NCBI GenBank assembly: GCA_000002445.1
Contig: CH464491.1
Span: 1,024,001-1,088,000 of the forward strand
Direction: 5' to 3'
Length of the DNA stretch: 64,000 nucleotides
DNA from: Trypanosoma brucei
Taxonomy: Eukaryota
The notes beneath the pieces are model-generated. The model made no database searches. It saw only the letters and a program-made list of their open reading frames with translations, and was not told where the DNA came from. Within the stretch, counting starts at the first letter, position 1. Every line of letters begins with the position of its first letter. Made by a program: the position numbers and the translations under genes. Below, in pieces: positions 11,701 to 21,721 of this stretch.

Positions 11701-13042
11701 ACGTTTCTATTGTGTTAGTTTTTACACTGGTCATATACTTAAATATTATACATTATATATATATACATATATTAAATTTTGAACCTGCGTCGCATCTTCT
11801 TCAGGAAAAAATTTTCTTACTCCCAATTCTGATAGTTATTTGCATTAATCGACCAGGCGTTTGTTGTGGAGACTGTTCTTTGGTCCTTGTTAATGGATCT
11901 GTGGTCAGGTGTGCGCGTGCATGCTATCTAAAATTTGATGTTTGCATGAATCTTGGGGGTCATATATTGACGAAGATAAAGATTCTGTTCATGGAATTGA
12001 GGTACGTAATTTTTGTGCTTTTCCGATCCGGTTATTACCAAATGACAGAAACACTGTTGTATTGCCACTTCGCGTAGGGGCGTTCAATTTCTAAATTTAT
12101 ATGTTTTTGTATCTGGTCCCGTGCCTAGCCAAAATTATCCGACGCTTCCGCTGATAATGATGTTGACCATTTCCTGTGTGGAATGGAAAGTATTCTCTTA
12201 ATGCTCAGCCGTCCTAGGGCCCCACCGTACTTTTCTAAAAAAAAGAAATGATGGTGACGAGGTGTTGTAGGTTGCGTATGAGGCGAATCGGTTGAGTGCA
12301 AAGACCTGTTGTCACTTGAGGAAGACGGTTTTATGCGTGGCTTTCCTTTAAACTGTTGGGAGGTTTGAGGCAGTCGATGCGATACAGAGCCTTCTGGGTG
12401 CTTGTTTGTTGTGAATATATTTTTTAATTTGTGTTGGATTGACACGATGGGTCGCCACGGTGCCAAGTGATGTTCCTTCTACTTTTGTGTTAGGAAAATA
12501 TCCTCTGTTAACTACATGTCTACCGTTGACTTTATTAATGGTGTGATGCCTAGCGTCGTCCTAATTGTTCTCTGTGGGTGATGGTTGGAAGAGGGTAAAT
12601 ATGTACGCATAGTTTCGTCGTTGAATTTGTTTTCCACTGTACGTGACAACAAGTGTACTGTTTTCTCTGATGCAAGGTGAGCAAACTCGGCTGTGCTTTT
12701 TATATGTTTTAGCTTCTTCAACATATACATATATTTAAGGTAAGTACACCTGGAAGAACGTACAATACTTTGCGTATTTTCTTTTTTAATGACTATTCCG
12801 ATCTTGACATACAACTTGTTTGTCTTTACTTGCTACGTTGTTGCGGCGGAACCATCGGGAATGTGGCATATTCTTTTTTACACCCTTTGTTTAGCTAAAA
12901 GTGTTGTGTCGTTATCCTATGTCTTGTTCTTTTGCCTTCTCTACCTGTTCACGCAGTTTATTAGACGGAAAGGAAAGAGAAGGATCACACATATTTGTTG
13001 GGCACCGCAAGAATAGGAGCATACGCTGAAGAGAAAAGTAAG

Positions 13043-15658
13043 ATGTCCACGATCGAACGGGATACTCTCCCAAGCGATCCAACACCGCACCACTACAAAG
13101 TCAGTATTGTTCCTGACTTCGAAACGTTCAAGTTCACCGGTCATGTTGACATAAAGATAACCGCCGAAAAACCTCAACAGAAAATCACTCTCAACTATAG
13201 TGATTTAACGTTTGTGAAAGTAAGGGTTACGCCAGGGGGGAGTGCATCGGAAACAGAGGAACTTCCCGCGGAATCCATAAGCCTCGACAAAACCGGGATG
13301 AAGGCAACGTTTTCTTTGCACAAGGCATTTCAAGGAGAGGCAACACTCTCGATTGATTACACGGGAATCATAAATGACAAACTGGCAGGATTTTACAGGA
13401 GCAAATACACTGTTAACGGAAAGGAGTCGTATATGGGGACAACACAGTTTGAAGCTGTTGACGCACGCCAGGCAATCCCCTGCTGGGATGAGCCTGCAGT
13501 GAAAGCTGTGTTTGAAATAATTATAACTGCTCCTTCGCACCTAATGGTGCTATCCAACACTCCATCTTACAAGAAGGAGGTGGTTGATGATAAGACACGT
13601 TGGTTCTTTGAGCCCACGCCCAAAATGTCGACTTATCTTCTCGCGTGGACGATAGGTGTGTTCGAGTGTATTGAGAGGCGCATCCAGAAGGTACACAAAG
13701 GAGCAGGTGGTCAAACTGAAGAGACCATTATACGCGTGTTTACTCCTGAAGGTAAAAAGTCAAAAGCTTCTTTTGCTCTGGATGTGGCTTCTAAAGTGTT
13801 GCCATTGTATGAAGAGTTCTTCGGATCAAATTACGTGCTTCCAAAAGTTGACCTTTTGGCAATTCCTGACTTTGCCGCCGGGGCAATGGAAAATTGGGGG
13901 CTTATAACATATCGTGAAACAGCCCTACTATGTGATGCCGAATCAAGTGCGGCTCAGAGGTACTATGTCGCTCTAGTGGTTGCCCATGAACTGGCCCACC
14001 AGTGGTTTGGAAACCTCGTGACCATGCAATGGTGGAAGGAGCTCTGGCTTAACGAATCGTTTGCCACGTACATGGAGTACCGGGCGGTGGATAAGTTGTT
14101 CCCAGAGTGGCGTGTCTTCACGCAGTTCGTCCACGATGAGGTTGCTCGAGCCTTTCAACTGGATTCGATGCGTAGTTCCCATCCCGTTGAAGTGGATGTC
14201 AAATACGCTAAGGAGATCGACGACATTTTTGATGCCATTAGTTACAGCAAGGGTGGGAGCATCATTCGCATGGCAGTTAATTTCATCGGAGAGGAGGCAT
14301 TCCAAAAGGGAATGTCGGAGTATTTGAAGCACTTCGCCTATGGTAATGCAACAACGAAGGATCTGTGGAATTTTCTTGGAAATGCTGCAGGCAAACCCTT
14401 GGCCCCTATACTGGAGTACTGGACGGGGCGGCAAGGTTATCCTTACCTTATTGTTACGTCGTCACCTGACAAAAAGACTTTGAACATAACTCAAAAGCGC
14501 TTTCTAGCTACAGGTGACGTCACCGCCGACGAGGATGAAACAGTGTGGAAGGTACCTTTGCTTATCTCGACTCCGGAAGACGGGGTTCAGCGTTATATTC
14601 TTGAGAAACGGGAAAACCCAATACCGGTAAAGTATAACTCGTGGATAAAGGTAAACAGTGAGCAATCGGCCTTCTGCCGTGTCCACTATCAAGGCAACGG
14701 TTTGCTCGAAGGTTTGCTTCCCGCCATTGCTTCGAAGAACCTCTCTGATATAGACCGATTTTCTATTATTTCCGACTACCACGCCTTTGCTCGTGCCGGT
14801 TACTGCAGCACCGTCGACGTGCTCAAGATTCTTTCTTCTTATGTTGACGAAGACGATTATACTGTGTGGTGCTCCGTCGTTGGCTTTGAGAAAGAGATAC
14901 GGATGCTGGTGTCCAGCCAGGGTCGAAGTGCTGTTGATTCACTGAATGCTTTCTGTCGCAACTTGTACTCGAATGCCATGAAACGACTCGGCTACGCGCA
15001 GAAGCCTGGCGACGATAATCGTTTGACTCAACTGCGCAGCGTTCTCTTCGACAGACTCGTAACATCTGAGGATAAGGAGGCCGTTGCCTATGCTTGCAAG
15101 CTTTATGCGGAACGGCAAAAGGTGCCAATTCCTTCGGACTTGCGGTACACTGTGTACGCTACGCACGTTAAATTAAACGGCGAGCCCGCGTTTCAGGAGG
15201 TGAAGCAACTTGCTGAGGTTACTGTGGACGCGATGGAGCGGACTCATTACCTTCGTGCGCTTGCATCTTCCGAAGTTGATGGTGTGGTGAGTCAGCTCTT
15301 TCAATACTCTCTCTCCGAAAAAGTTCGGAGCCAGGACGTTTTGGCCATTCTTGGCGCACTGGCCAGCAACGCTGCGAGGGTTAAAGCATACGCCGAAGAA
15401 CTGAAGCAGATGTGGCCAAGGTTGGGGAAGGAGCTTCCCGGACTTATACTCGGGAGGGCGCTAAAATATTTGGAAAATGGTGCTGATGCAGCGGTGGCCG
15501 ATGAAATGGAACAGTTCTGGAGCCACCTTGCTGATGAAGCTAAATTCGGGATGACCCGCAGCTTCCAACAGGGTGTGGAGGGACTCCGCAACAACGCAAA
15601 ATGGGCGGCGCGAGACGTGAAGACTGTGGTCGAGTTTCTTTCGGTTGCAGCGTTATAG
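13043..15658 (+). CDS. M1-family zinc aminopeptidase (aminopeptidase N / puromycin-sensitive type), 871 aa
   Basis: GAMEN exopeptidase motif (AAGAMENWGLITYRE) and the zinc-binding HELAHQWFGNLVTMQWWKELWLNESFA (HExxH-x18-E) motif. The track ORF begins at TTG 12995; the first ATG is at 13043 (MSTIERD...). Confidence 0.85.
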   Translation: MSTIERDTLPSDPTPHHYKVSIVPDFETFKFTGHVDIKITAEKPQQKITLNYSDLTFVKVRVTPGGSASETEELPAESISLDKTGMKATFSLHKAFQGEATLSIDYTGIINDKLAGFYRSKYTVNGKESYMGTTQFEAVDARQAIPCWDEPAVKAVFEIIITAPSHLMVLSNTPSYKKEVVDDKTRWFFEPTPKMSTYLLAWTIGVFECIERRIQKVHKGAGGQTEETIIRVFTPEGKKSKASFALDVASKVLPLYEEFFGSNYVLPKVDLLAIPDFAAGAMENWGLITYRETALLCDAESSAAQRYYVALVVAHELAHQWFGNLVTMQWWKELWLNESFATYMEYRAVDKLFPEWRVFTQFVHDEVARAFQLDSMRSSHPVEVDVKYAKEIDDIFDAISYSKGGSIIRMAVNFIGEEAFQKGMSEYLKHFAYGNATTKDLWNFLGNAAGKPLAPILEYWTGRQGYPYLIVTSSPDKKTLNITQKRFLATGDVTADEDETVWKVPLLISTPEDGVQRYILEKRENPIPVKYNSWIKVNSEQSAFCRVHYQGNGLLEGLLPAIASKNLSDIDRFSIISDYHAFARAGYCSTVDVLKILSSYVDEDDYTVWCSVVGFEKEIRMLVSSQGRSAVDSLNAFCRNLYSNAMKRLGYAQKPGDDNRLTQLRSVLFDRLVTSEDKEAVAYACKLYAERQKVPIPSDLRYTVYATHVKLNGEPAFQEVKQLAEVTVDAMERTHYLRALASSEVDGVVSQLFQYSLSEKVRSQDVLAILGALASNAARVKAYAEELKQMWPRLGKELPGLILGRALKYLENGADAAVADEMEQFWSHLADEAKFGMTRSFQQGVEGLRNNAKWAARDVKTVVEFLSVAAL

Positions 15659-16229
15659 CTTTTCTTTCGCCTTCATATACGTTATTACCATTAGAATTGG
15701 CTGTTGCTAAATTAGTGGATGCAGCTGTTGGCTAAAATTAGGTGGGAAAATGAGTAAAAAACTTTAGGGATAGAAGTGAATGTAGTAAAAGGTGGCTCAA
15801 TCATGGGTAGGAAAGTAAAAACGAGTTGGATTTTGATGAAGGGGGAATATCGTCGAGGAATGGTCCATTCTTCCTCGTCGCGATGATTTCGTAGTGGGCA
15901 CGTGCCACAGTGCTTCTGGCGGGAGAGTGGGTTTGTCAGGAGGTGCGGCGATAAAGGAATAGTTGTATTGGGTGTATACACGTATACTTGCACACTTGTT
16001 TCACACCAACGCTTCATCACTTTTAGGTTGTCGACATTTTTTCGCTTTAGGTAAGTATCCATATTACCTTTAGTGTTCTGCTTTACCTGTGATGCTCATC
16101 TACACCTTGCATCCACTTTTCTGTCACTTCAGTGTGTTGGTACTGTGCTGACCTATATTTGTTTTACTTTGCCTCTCTGTTTGCAAACCTGGGGCGCTGG
16201 AGCGAAGAAATAGGGCGGAGGCGTTGACC

Positions 16230-17537
16230 ATGACACACAACAGGAGCGGGGCTGTTCGAAGGAAAGTCGTTCAACACGACTTTTATGATTCAGCTGACCA
16301 GGTTGGTGGAGTGGTGTTGCTGAACAACCCTACCAACGGCTCCTGGGAATATGATGAGTACCTTCGGCTGCTCACAACCAAAAGGTACTCTCGTATTCCT
16401 TCGTGGGAAGCACATTCCACTGCGCAGTGCTACTTTGTCTGCGCTGACGGTGTATATCCTAAACTTCAGTCATACGTCAAGGAGCGGCAGGTGAGCCATC
16501 CGCATCTTCGGTTGTTTCAATTTTTTCCTCTATGTGATGCTGTCATCGGTGATATGGACTCTTATGTCACTTCTTACGAAAAGGATGGTTGTGAAAGGCC
16601 TTCATCAACTCCAGAGGGCGGTTACGGCACTGTGGACGATATCCCTGTTGAGGTACTGGACACGATCCATCACAGGTGCCGCTCTGCGGCCGCGCTTTTT
16701 CGGGAGGTGGATGGGAGTGTGCCGGACACGCCACTGAATGGATGGAAAATGTTGCATGAAGAGCATTCCCACCCGTTACTTCGTCCGCTTTGGCTGCATA
16801 TCCAGTGCCAGATTACGACGGACTTCAAAAAGGCGCTGACACTCCTGAAACGGCTGCGCAAGCGGTACCCTGACGAGAACGCTGTCGTGTTACCTCCTGT
16901 TCTGCGTTCACCTGGTGCCGCGCGTATACTGGAAACCGGTGGCGGTGTTGTGGACCAAAGAAACTGCGGGTGCGACAACGACCCGATCCAGGAGCGTGAG
17001 CTGTGCGTTGCGGCCAGCCAGGTTGAAGCATTACTTCTGCCCACCGTTGTCGCTGTCGGTGCCTTCGGTGGTCGCTTTGACCACGAGGTGGGAGCCATCT
17101 CTACGATGCTTTCTGAGAGTCATGATGCACATATAGTGCTTATAAATTTGTTTAATACGGTGTTTGCGTGTCAGGGAGGTGGGTGGACACAGATTGTGCG
17201 GCAACCCGAGTATGAAGACAAGACTTGCGGTCTTGTAAACTACGGAAGAATGACTGAGTGCGAGACGAGTGGTTTGCTCTGGAATGTTGTGAAGGGCAGG
17301 GGGAGGCCAAGTGTTACAAACGATTTCGTTTTCGACTTTGGGGCGTTTATTTCCGTCTGCAACATTGTTCGCCGCGAAGTTATAACGGTTGATTTGCGGT
17401 GCCTTTTAACGAGTGTGGGGGAGTCACCTGCGGATGCGACGACCGCTACAGGCGCTTCTGATTGCGAAGCGCAACGCGGTCGTGGCCCACCTGTAGTGTT
17501 CTCCATACTTCGGCGGCAAAAAAAGGAGGGGGGCTAG
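16230..17537 (+). CDS. thiamine pyrophosphokinase-like protein (extended, 435 aa)
   Basis: TPK catalytic motifs VCADG...IGDMDSY (compare CADGGAN...GDxDS), QITTDFKKAL (compare DQDSTDFxKAL) and GAFGGRFDHEVGAI (compare LGGRFDQ). Large insertions relative to the roughly 250-aa canonical enzymes. The track ORF starts at TTG 16224; the first ATG is at 16230. Confidence 0.7.
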   Translation: MTHNRSGAVRRKVVQHDFYDSADQVGGVVLLNNPTNGSWEYDEYLRLLTTKRYSRIPSWEAHSTAQCYFVCADGVYPKLQSYVKERQVSHPHLRLFQFFPLCDAVIGDMDSYVTSYEKDGCERPSSTPEGGYGTVDDIPVEVLDTIHHRCRSAAALFREVDGSVPDTPLNGWKMLHEEHSHPLLRPLWLHIQCQITTDFKKALTLLKRLRKRYPDENAVVLPPVLRSPGAARILETGGGVVDQRNCGCDNDPIQERELCVAASQVEALLLPTVVAVGAFGGRFDHEVGAISTMLSESHDAHIVLINLFNTVFACQGGGWTQIVRQPEYEDKTCGLVNYGRMTECETSGLLWNVVKGRGRPSVTNDFVFDFGAFISVCNIVRREVITVDLRCLLTSVGESPADATTATGASDCEAQRGRGPPVVFSILRRQKKEGG

Positions 17538-17967
17538 GTGCGTGTTTTCTTTGAGCTCTATTCGTCCTTGTTTTATTTATTCATCGTTTTCCTTGTGTTT
17601 GGTTACCCTGCTGTACACGAGAGTCCCACCAACATTGTACTGATATTTCCATCTTTTTTAGCGTTTCATTCTTAAACGCACCGTTTCTGGAGTGCGTATC
17701 CACGGCAATATAAGAAAACTTCACGAGTGCTAATGGGTGATCCTATCGATGATTTATTGCACCATTTTTAACGGCCATTTATTCGGGTATTCTGATCTTT
17801 TCTGTAAGTGTGTAATCTACTGCTGTCAACCGTTCTTAGGTGATAACGTCTGCGATTGTCTTACAGTATACCCATGTACATTTACTTTCAACATTCCCTT
17901 GTATATGTGTTACGTGCCTGTGTATGCGACATCCATACCATACATAAAACAGAAAGGAACCTGAAAC

Positions 17968-18789
17968 ATGGCCAAGAAGCACCTAAAGCGCCTGTATGCC
18001 CCCAAGGACTGGATGCTGAGCAAACTCACTGGTGTGTTTGCCCCTCGTCCACGTGCTGGTCCCCACAAACTACGCGAGTGCCTTTCGCTTCTGATTATTA
18101 TTCGCAACCGGCTGAAGTATGCACTAAATGCCCTCGAAGCGCAGATGATCCTTCGTCAGGGACTCGTGTGTGTAGACGGCAAGCCCCGCAAGGATGGTAA
18201 GTACCCAGCCGGTTTCATGGACGTGGTGGAGATTCCCAAGACGGGCGACCGCTTCCGCATCCTATATGACGTGAAAGGACGCTTTGCGCTTGTCCGCGTG
18301 AGCGAGGCTGAGTCGAGCATCAAGATGATGAAGGTTGTCAACGTATACACCGGCACGGGACGCATTCCTGTTGCTGTGACACACGACGGCCACCGGATTC
18401 GCTATCCCGACCCCCGTACGAGCCGTGGAGACACTTTGGTGTATGACGTGAAAGAAAAAAAGGTTTTGGACCTAATCAAGATTGGCAACGGCAAGGTTGT
18501 GATGGTGACAGGTGGTGCCAACCGTGGTCGTATTGGAGAAATTGTGTCCATTGAACGTCACCCTGGCGCCTTCGACATCGCCCGCCTCAAGGATGCGTCT
18601 GGTCACGAATTCGCAACTCGTGCCACAAACATTTTTGTGATTGGCAAGGACATGTCGAGTGTTCCAGTTACGTTACCTAAGCAACAGGGTTTGCGTATCA
18701 ACGTGATTCAGGAGCGTGAGGAAAAACTCATAGCCGCCGAAACACGCAGAACAACTCAGGCGCACAGCAAGCGAAAGACTAAGGTGTAA
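17968..18789 (+). CDS. RPS4: 40S ribosomal protein S4 (eS4), copy 1
   Basis: 273-aa protein with the canonical eS4 N-terminus MAKKHLKRLYAPKDWMLSKLTGVFAPRPRAGPHKLRE and a KOW-like region. Identical in amino-acid sequence to copy 2. Confidence 0.95.
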   Translation: MAKKHLKRLYAPKDWMLSKLTGVFAPRPRAGPHKLRECLSLLIIIRNRLKYALNALEAQMILRQGLVCVDGKPRKDGKYPAGFMDVVEIPKTGDRFRILYDVKGRFALVRVSEAESSIKMMKVVNVYTGTGRIPVAVTHDGHRIRYPDPRTSRGDTLVYDVKEKKVLDLIKIGNGKVVMVTGGANRGRIGEIVSIERHPGAFDIARLKDASGHEFATRATNIFVIGKDMSSVPVTLPKQQGLRINVIQEREEKLIAAETRRTTQAHSKRKTKV

Positions 18790-19037
18790 GTTGGTCTCTT
18801 TCTGCTGACTTTTTTTTTTACGAAGAAGCAAGGATTTTGGTTCCATTCATACTAATTTATTTTACGTTTTATAATCTATTGATTTATGTTGATCGAGACC
18901 CGTCACTATCACTAACATCAGCAAGGCAAGTGTGCACACTTGCAGTTCCCCCTTGTCGATAGTGTATAAAAGATACGCATTTCCTCCCCCGAAAACAATG
19001 TCTTCCGTTTAAAAAGTGGTTTGTTTAGCCGTCCCCA

Positions 19038-19859
19038 ATGGCCAAGAAGCACCTAAAGCGCCTGTATGCCCCCAAGGACTGGATGCTGAGCAAACTCACT
19101 GGTGTGTTTGCCCCTCGTCCACGTGCTGGTCCCCACAAACTACGCGAGTGCCTTTCGCTTCTGATTATTATTCGCAACCGGCTGAAGTATGCACTAAATG
19201 CCCTCGAAGCGCAGATGATCCTTCGTCAGGGACTCGTGTGTGTAGACGGCAAGCCCCGCAAGGATGGTAAGTACCCAGCCGGTTTCATGGACGTGGTGGA
19301 GATTCCCAAGACTGGCGACCGCTTCCGCATCCTATATGACGTGAAAGGACGCTTTGCGCTTGTCCGCGTGAGCGAGGCTGAGTCGAGCATCAAGATGATG
19401 AAGGTTGTCAACGTATACACCGGCACGGGACGCATTCCTGTTGCTGTGACACACGACGGCCACCGGATTCGCTATCCCGACCCCCGTACGAGCCGTGGAG
19501 ACACTTTGGTGTATGACGTGAAAGAAAAAAAGGTTTTGGACCTAATCAAGATTGGCAACGGCAAGGTTGTGATGGTGACAGGTGGTGCCAACCGTGGTCG
19601 TATTGGAGAAATTGTGTCCATTGAACGTCACCCTGGCGCCTTCGACATCGCCCGCCTCAAGGATGCGTCTGGTCACGAATTCGCAACTCGTGCCACAAAC
19701 ATTTTTGTGATTGGCAAGGACATGTCGAGTGTTCCAGTTACGTTACCTAAGCAACAGGGTTTGCGTATCAACGTGATTCAGGAGCGTGAGGAAAAACTCA
19801 TAGCCGCCGAAACACGAAGAACAACTCAGGCGCACAGCAAGCGAAAGACTAAGGTGTAA
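19038..19859 (+). CDS. RPS4: 40S ribosomal protein S4 (eS4), copy 2
   Basis: Protein identical to copy 1. The CDS differs only at synonymous sites (for example ACG/ACT at 18243/19313 and CGC/CGA at 18747/19817). Flanking sequences are unrelated. Confidence 0.95.
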   Translation: MAKKHLKRLYAPKDWMLSKLTGVFAPRPRAGPHKLRECLSLLIIIRNRLKYALNALEAQMILRQGLVCVDGKPRKDGKYPAGFMDVVEIPKTGDRFRILYDVKGRFALVRVSEAESSIKMMKVVNVYTGTGRIPVAVTHDGHRIRYPDPRTSRGDTLVYDVKEKKVLDLIKIGNGKVVMVTGGANRGRIGEIVSIERHPGAFDIARLKDASGHEFATRATNIFVIGKDMSSVPVTLPKQQGLRINVIQEREEKLIAAETRRTTQAHSKRKTKV

Positions 19860-20151
19860 CGGCTAAATTCACATACAGTTACTTTCATTCTTTACACACC
19901 ACCTTGATCAACTGCACATATTAAATACTTGCCTGTAAAATGAGCAGTATCATCCCCACTTAAGGAAACTGTAAGCTTAGTCACTTCCCTCCTTTCTCTT
20001 TCTTTTTGTACGAAGGTTAAAGCCACAAGACTCTCTTACTGAACTCAGGCAAGTGAACAACACCGCACTAAACCAGAATCGCATAAGTTACATCCACTAT
20101 CCATCCACTCGGGTTTAACTGAATTGCATCGCTGGATACCTTTCGTGTGCA

Positions 20152-21459
20152 ATGGCTCTTGGATTTTCCTCTGCGGGGGAAGTGTACATGTACGCAACAT
20201 GCATCCTTCTTGGAGTGTCCCTTCTAATGCCCCTTAACGCTCTCGTTTCCGCACCGCGCTTTATGGTGGACTACTACAAGTACGTATCTGGTAAAGAGGA
20301 TGCCGAACCGAACCTTCCCTTTTTCTGGAAGAATATTTTCACGTTCTACAATGTTGTATCGCTTGCGTCGCAGGTGATTGCTGGACCGACCGTTCTAACT
20401 CGTGCAGCCCGTCGACTTTCATTATCTGTGCGCTTTGCCCTTTCCATCACGTTGATGATGTCGGAGGTATTTGTAGTTCTCATGATGCCTGTGATCAAGG
20501 TACCTCAAACAGTTGCCATTGTTCTTCTCTGCCTTGTGACAATATTTGCAGGTATTGGGAAATCATACCATGAGGCGACGTGCTACGTTCTGGTGGCGTC
20601 GATGCCATCTAAGTTCATGTCTGCTGTTATGTTTGGAGTGTCACTATGCGGTGTAATAACGTCCACACTACAGTGCATCATCAAGGCATCGATGGAAGAT
20701 ACCTATGAGTCCGTGCTGACGCAGTCATACATTTATTTTTCACTTGGTCTACTGATAATGGCGGGTACACTTGCGATGGCTCTCTGTCTACGATATAATT
20801 CCTACGCGCAGGAGCACGTTGCTGAGTACCGTATGCTCAAACTACAAGAACAAGGAGTAGATGCTGAGTCTCAAAATGATGAGAATGAACCCGTGGCTGA
20901 AGGTAAAGGTGAAGGTGAAGGTAAGAGTGAGGGTGCCATGACGACAGCAGAGCAACTGACGGCAACTGCTGTTATGCCCGTAGCGAGGATAATCCGTATG
21001 ATGTTAGTGACAGTCTTCTGCGGCTTCTTCCTCACCTTATTTATCTTCCCCAGTCTTATTATTCCCATCGATCGTGACCACAATTGGTTTGCGACAATTG
21101 CCATTCTGCTATACAACTGTGGGGATGCTATTGGACGTTTCTCCACCTCGTTCAAGTGCGTTTGGCCGCCCCGCCGTGCTCTGCTGTACGCCACCTTCGC
21201 CCGCTTCATTTTTGTTCTGCCCTTCATGTTATGCATTTACCAATACATCCCTGGCCATGTCGGTCCGTATATCTTCTCGTTTCTCCTTGGCCTGACCAAC
21301 TGTGTGGGTGCCATGTCGATGGTGTATGGCCCAATAACCCCTGGTCTTGAGACTGCGGGTCAGAAATTGATGGCTGGACAGTTGATGGGGATTTCGCTGC
21401 TTTCTGGAATTGCCGCTGCATCTGTGCTTGCGATGATTGTGGTTGTCTTCCTACCATGA
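20152..21459 (+). CDS. ENT-family (equilibrative nucleoside/nucleobase) transporter, array copy 1, 435 aa; resembles the T. brucei NT8 nucleobase-transporter cluster
   Basis: Multi-pass membrane protein with ENT-family topology: TM1 near the N-terminus, a large acidic cytoplasmic loop (EGKGEGEGKSEG) between TM6 and TM7, and 10-11 hydrophobic helices. Tandem triplication next to RPS4 and ADSS is reminiscent of the T. brucei chromosome 11 NT8.1-8.3 locus; this is recalled from memory, not verified. Confidence 0.85.
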   Translation: MALGFSSAGEVYMYATCILLGVSLLMPLNALVSAPRFMVDYYKYVSGKEDAEPNLPFFWKNIFTFYNVVSLASQVIAGPTVLTRAARRLSLSVRFALSITLMMSEVFVVLMMPVIKVPQTVAIVLLCLVTIFAGIGKSYHEATCYVLVASMPSKFMSAVMFGVSLCGVITSTLQCIIKASMEDTYESVLTQSYIYFSLGLLIMAGTLAMALCLRYNSYAQEHVAEYRMLKLQEQGVDAESQNDENEPVAEGKGEGEGKSEGAMTTAEQLTATAVMPVARIIRMMLVTVFCGFFLTLFIFPSLIIPIDRDHNWFATIAILLYNCGDAIGRFSTSFKCVWPPRRALLYATFARFIFVLPFMLCIYQYIPGHVGPYIFSFLLGLTNCVGAMSMVYGPITPGLETAGQKLMAGQLMGISLLSGIAAASVLAMIVVVFLP

Positions 21460-21567
21460 GTACGCTTAATGGAGGAGCCGCCTCTCACTAACACCACTTT
21501 GTTAGTACGTGACGTGTTTTAAGTGATGGAGCATCGTTGATGTTTTATCAAAGATACTATCTTAACT

Positions 21568-21569
<2 letters not shown>

Positions 21570-21598
<29 letters not shown>
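21570..21598. repeat. (TA)n microsatellite of about 14 units. The paralogous tract at 24549-24571 is 3 units shorter.
   Basis: Direct reading of the sequence. The length polymorphism between otherwise identical repeat units indicates replication slippage. Confidence 0.9.
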
Positions 21599-21602
<4 letters not shown>

Positions 21603-21693
21603 TAGTTTATATCTTTTTTACATTAACAAGATTATTTTATTTTAATTATTTATTTTTTTTTGATTTTCCTTTAACTGAAGGCATGTGCGGGTA

Positions 21694-21721
21694 AGGCAGC
21701 ATAAACTATTTTGGACTGCCT
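21694..21721 (+). promoter_or_regulatory. Conserved 3'-flank hairpin of the transporter genes (copy 1); candidate cis-regulatory stem-loop. Identical elements lie at 24667-24694 and 27598-27625.
   Basis: A-GGCAG-(16-nt loop)-CTGCC-T stem-loop about 235 nt downstream of each stop codon. It is preserved in the otherwise diverged flank of copy 3. Confidence 0.45.

Noticed and set aside
12995-13042. ORF-track start positions at non-ATG codons (10 GTG, 12995 TTG, 16224 TTG, 36343 TTG, 37748 GTG, 42617 TTG, 58718 TTG)
   Set aside because: Kinetoplastid nuclear genes use ATG. In each case an in-frame ATG with a conserved N-terminus follows closely, for example MGQ for RPT2, so the CDS was re-anchored.
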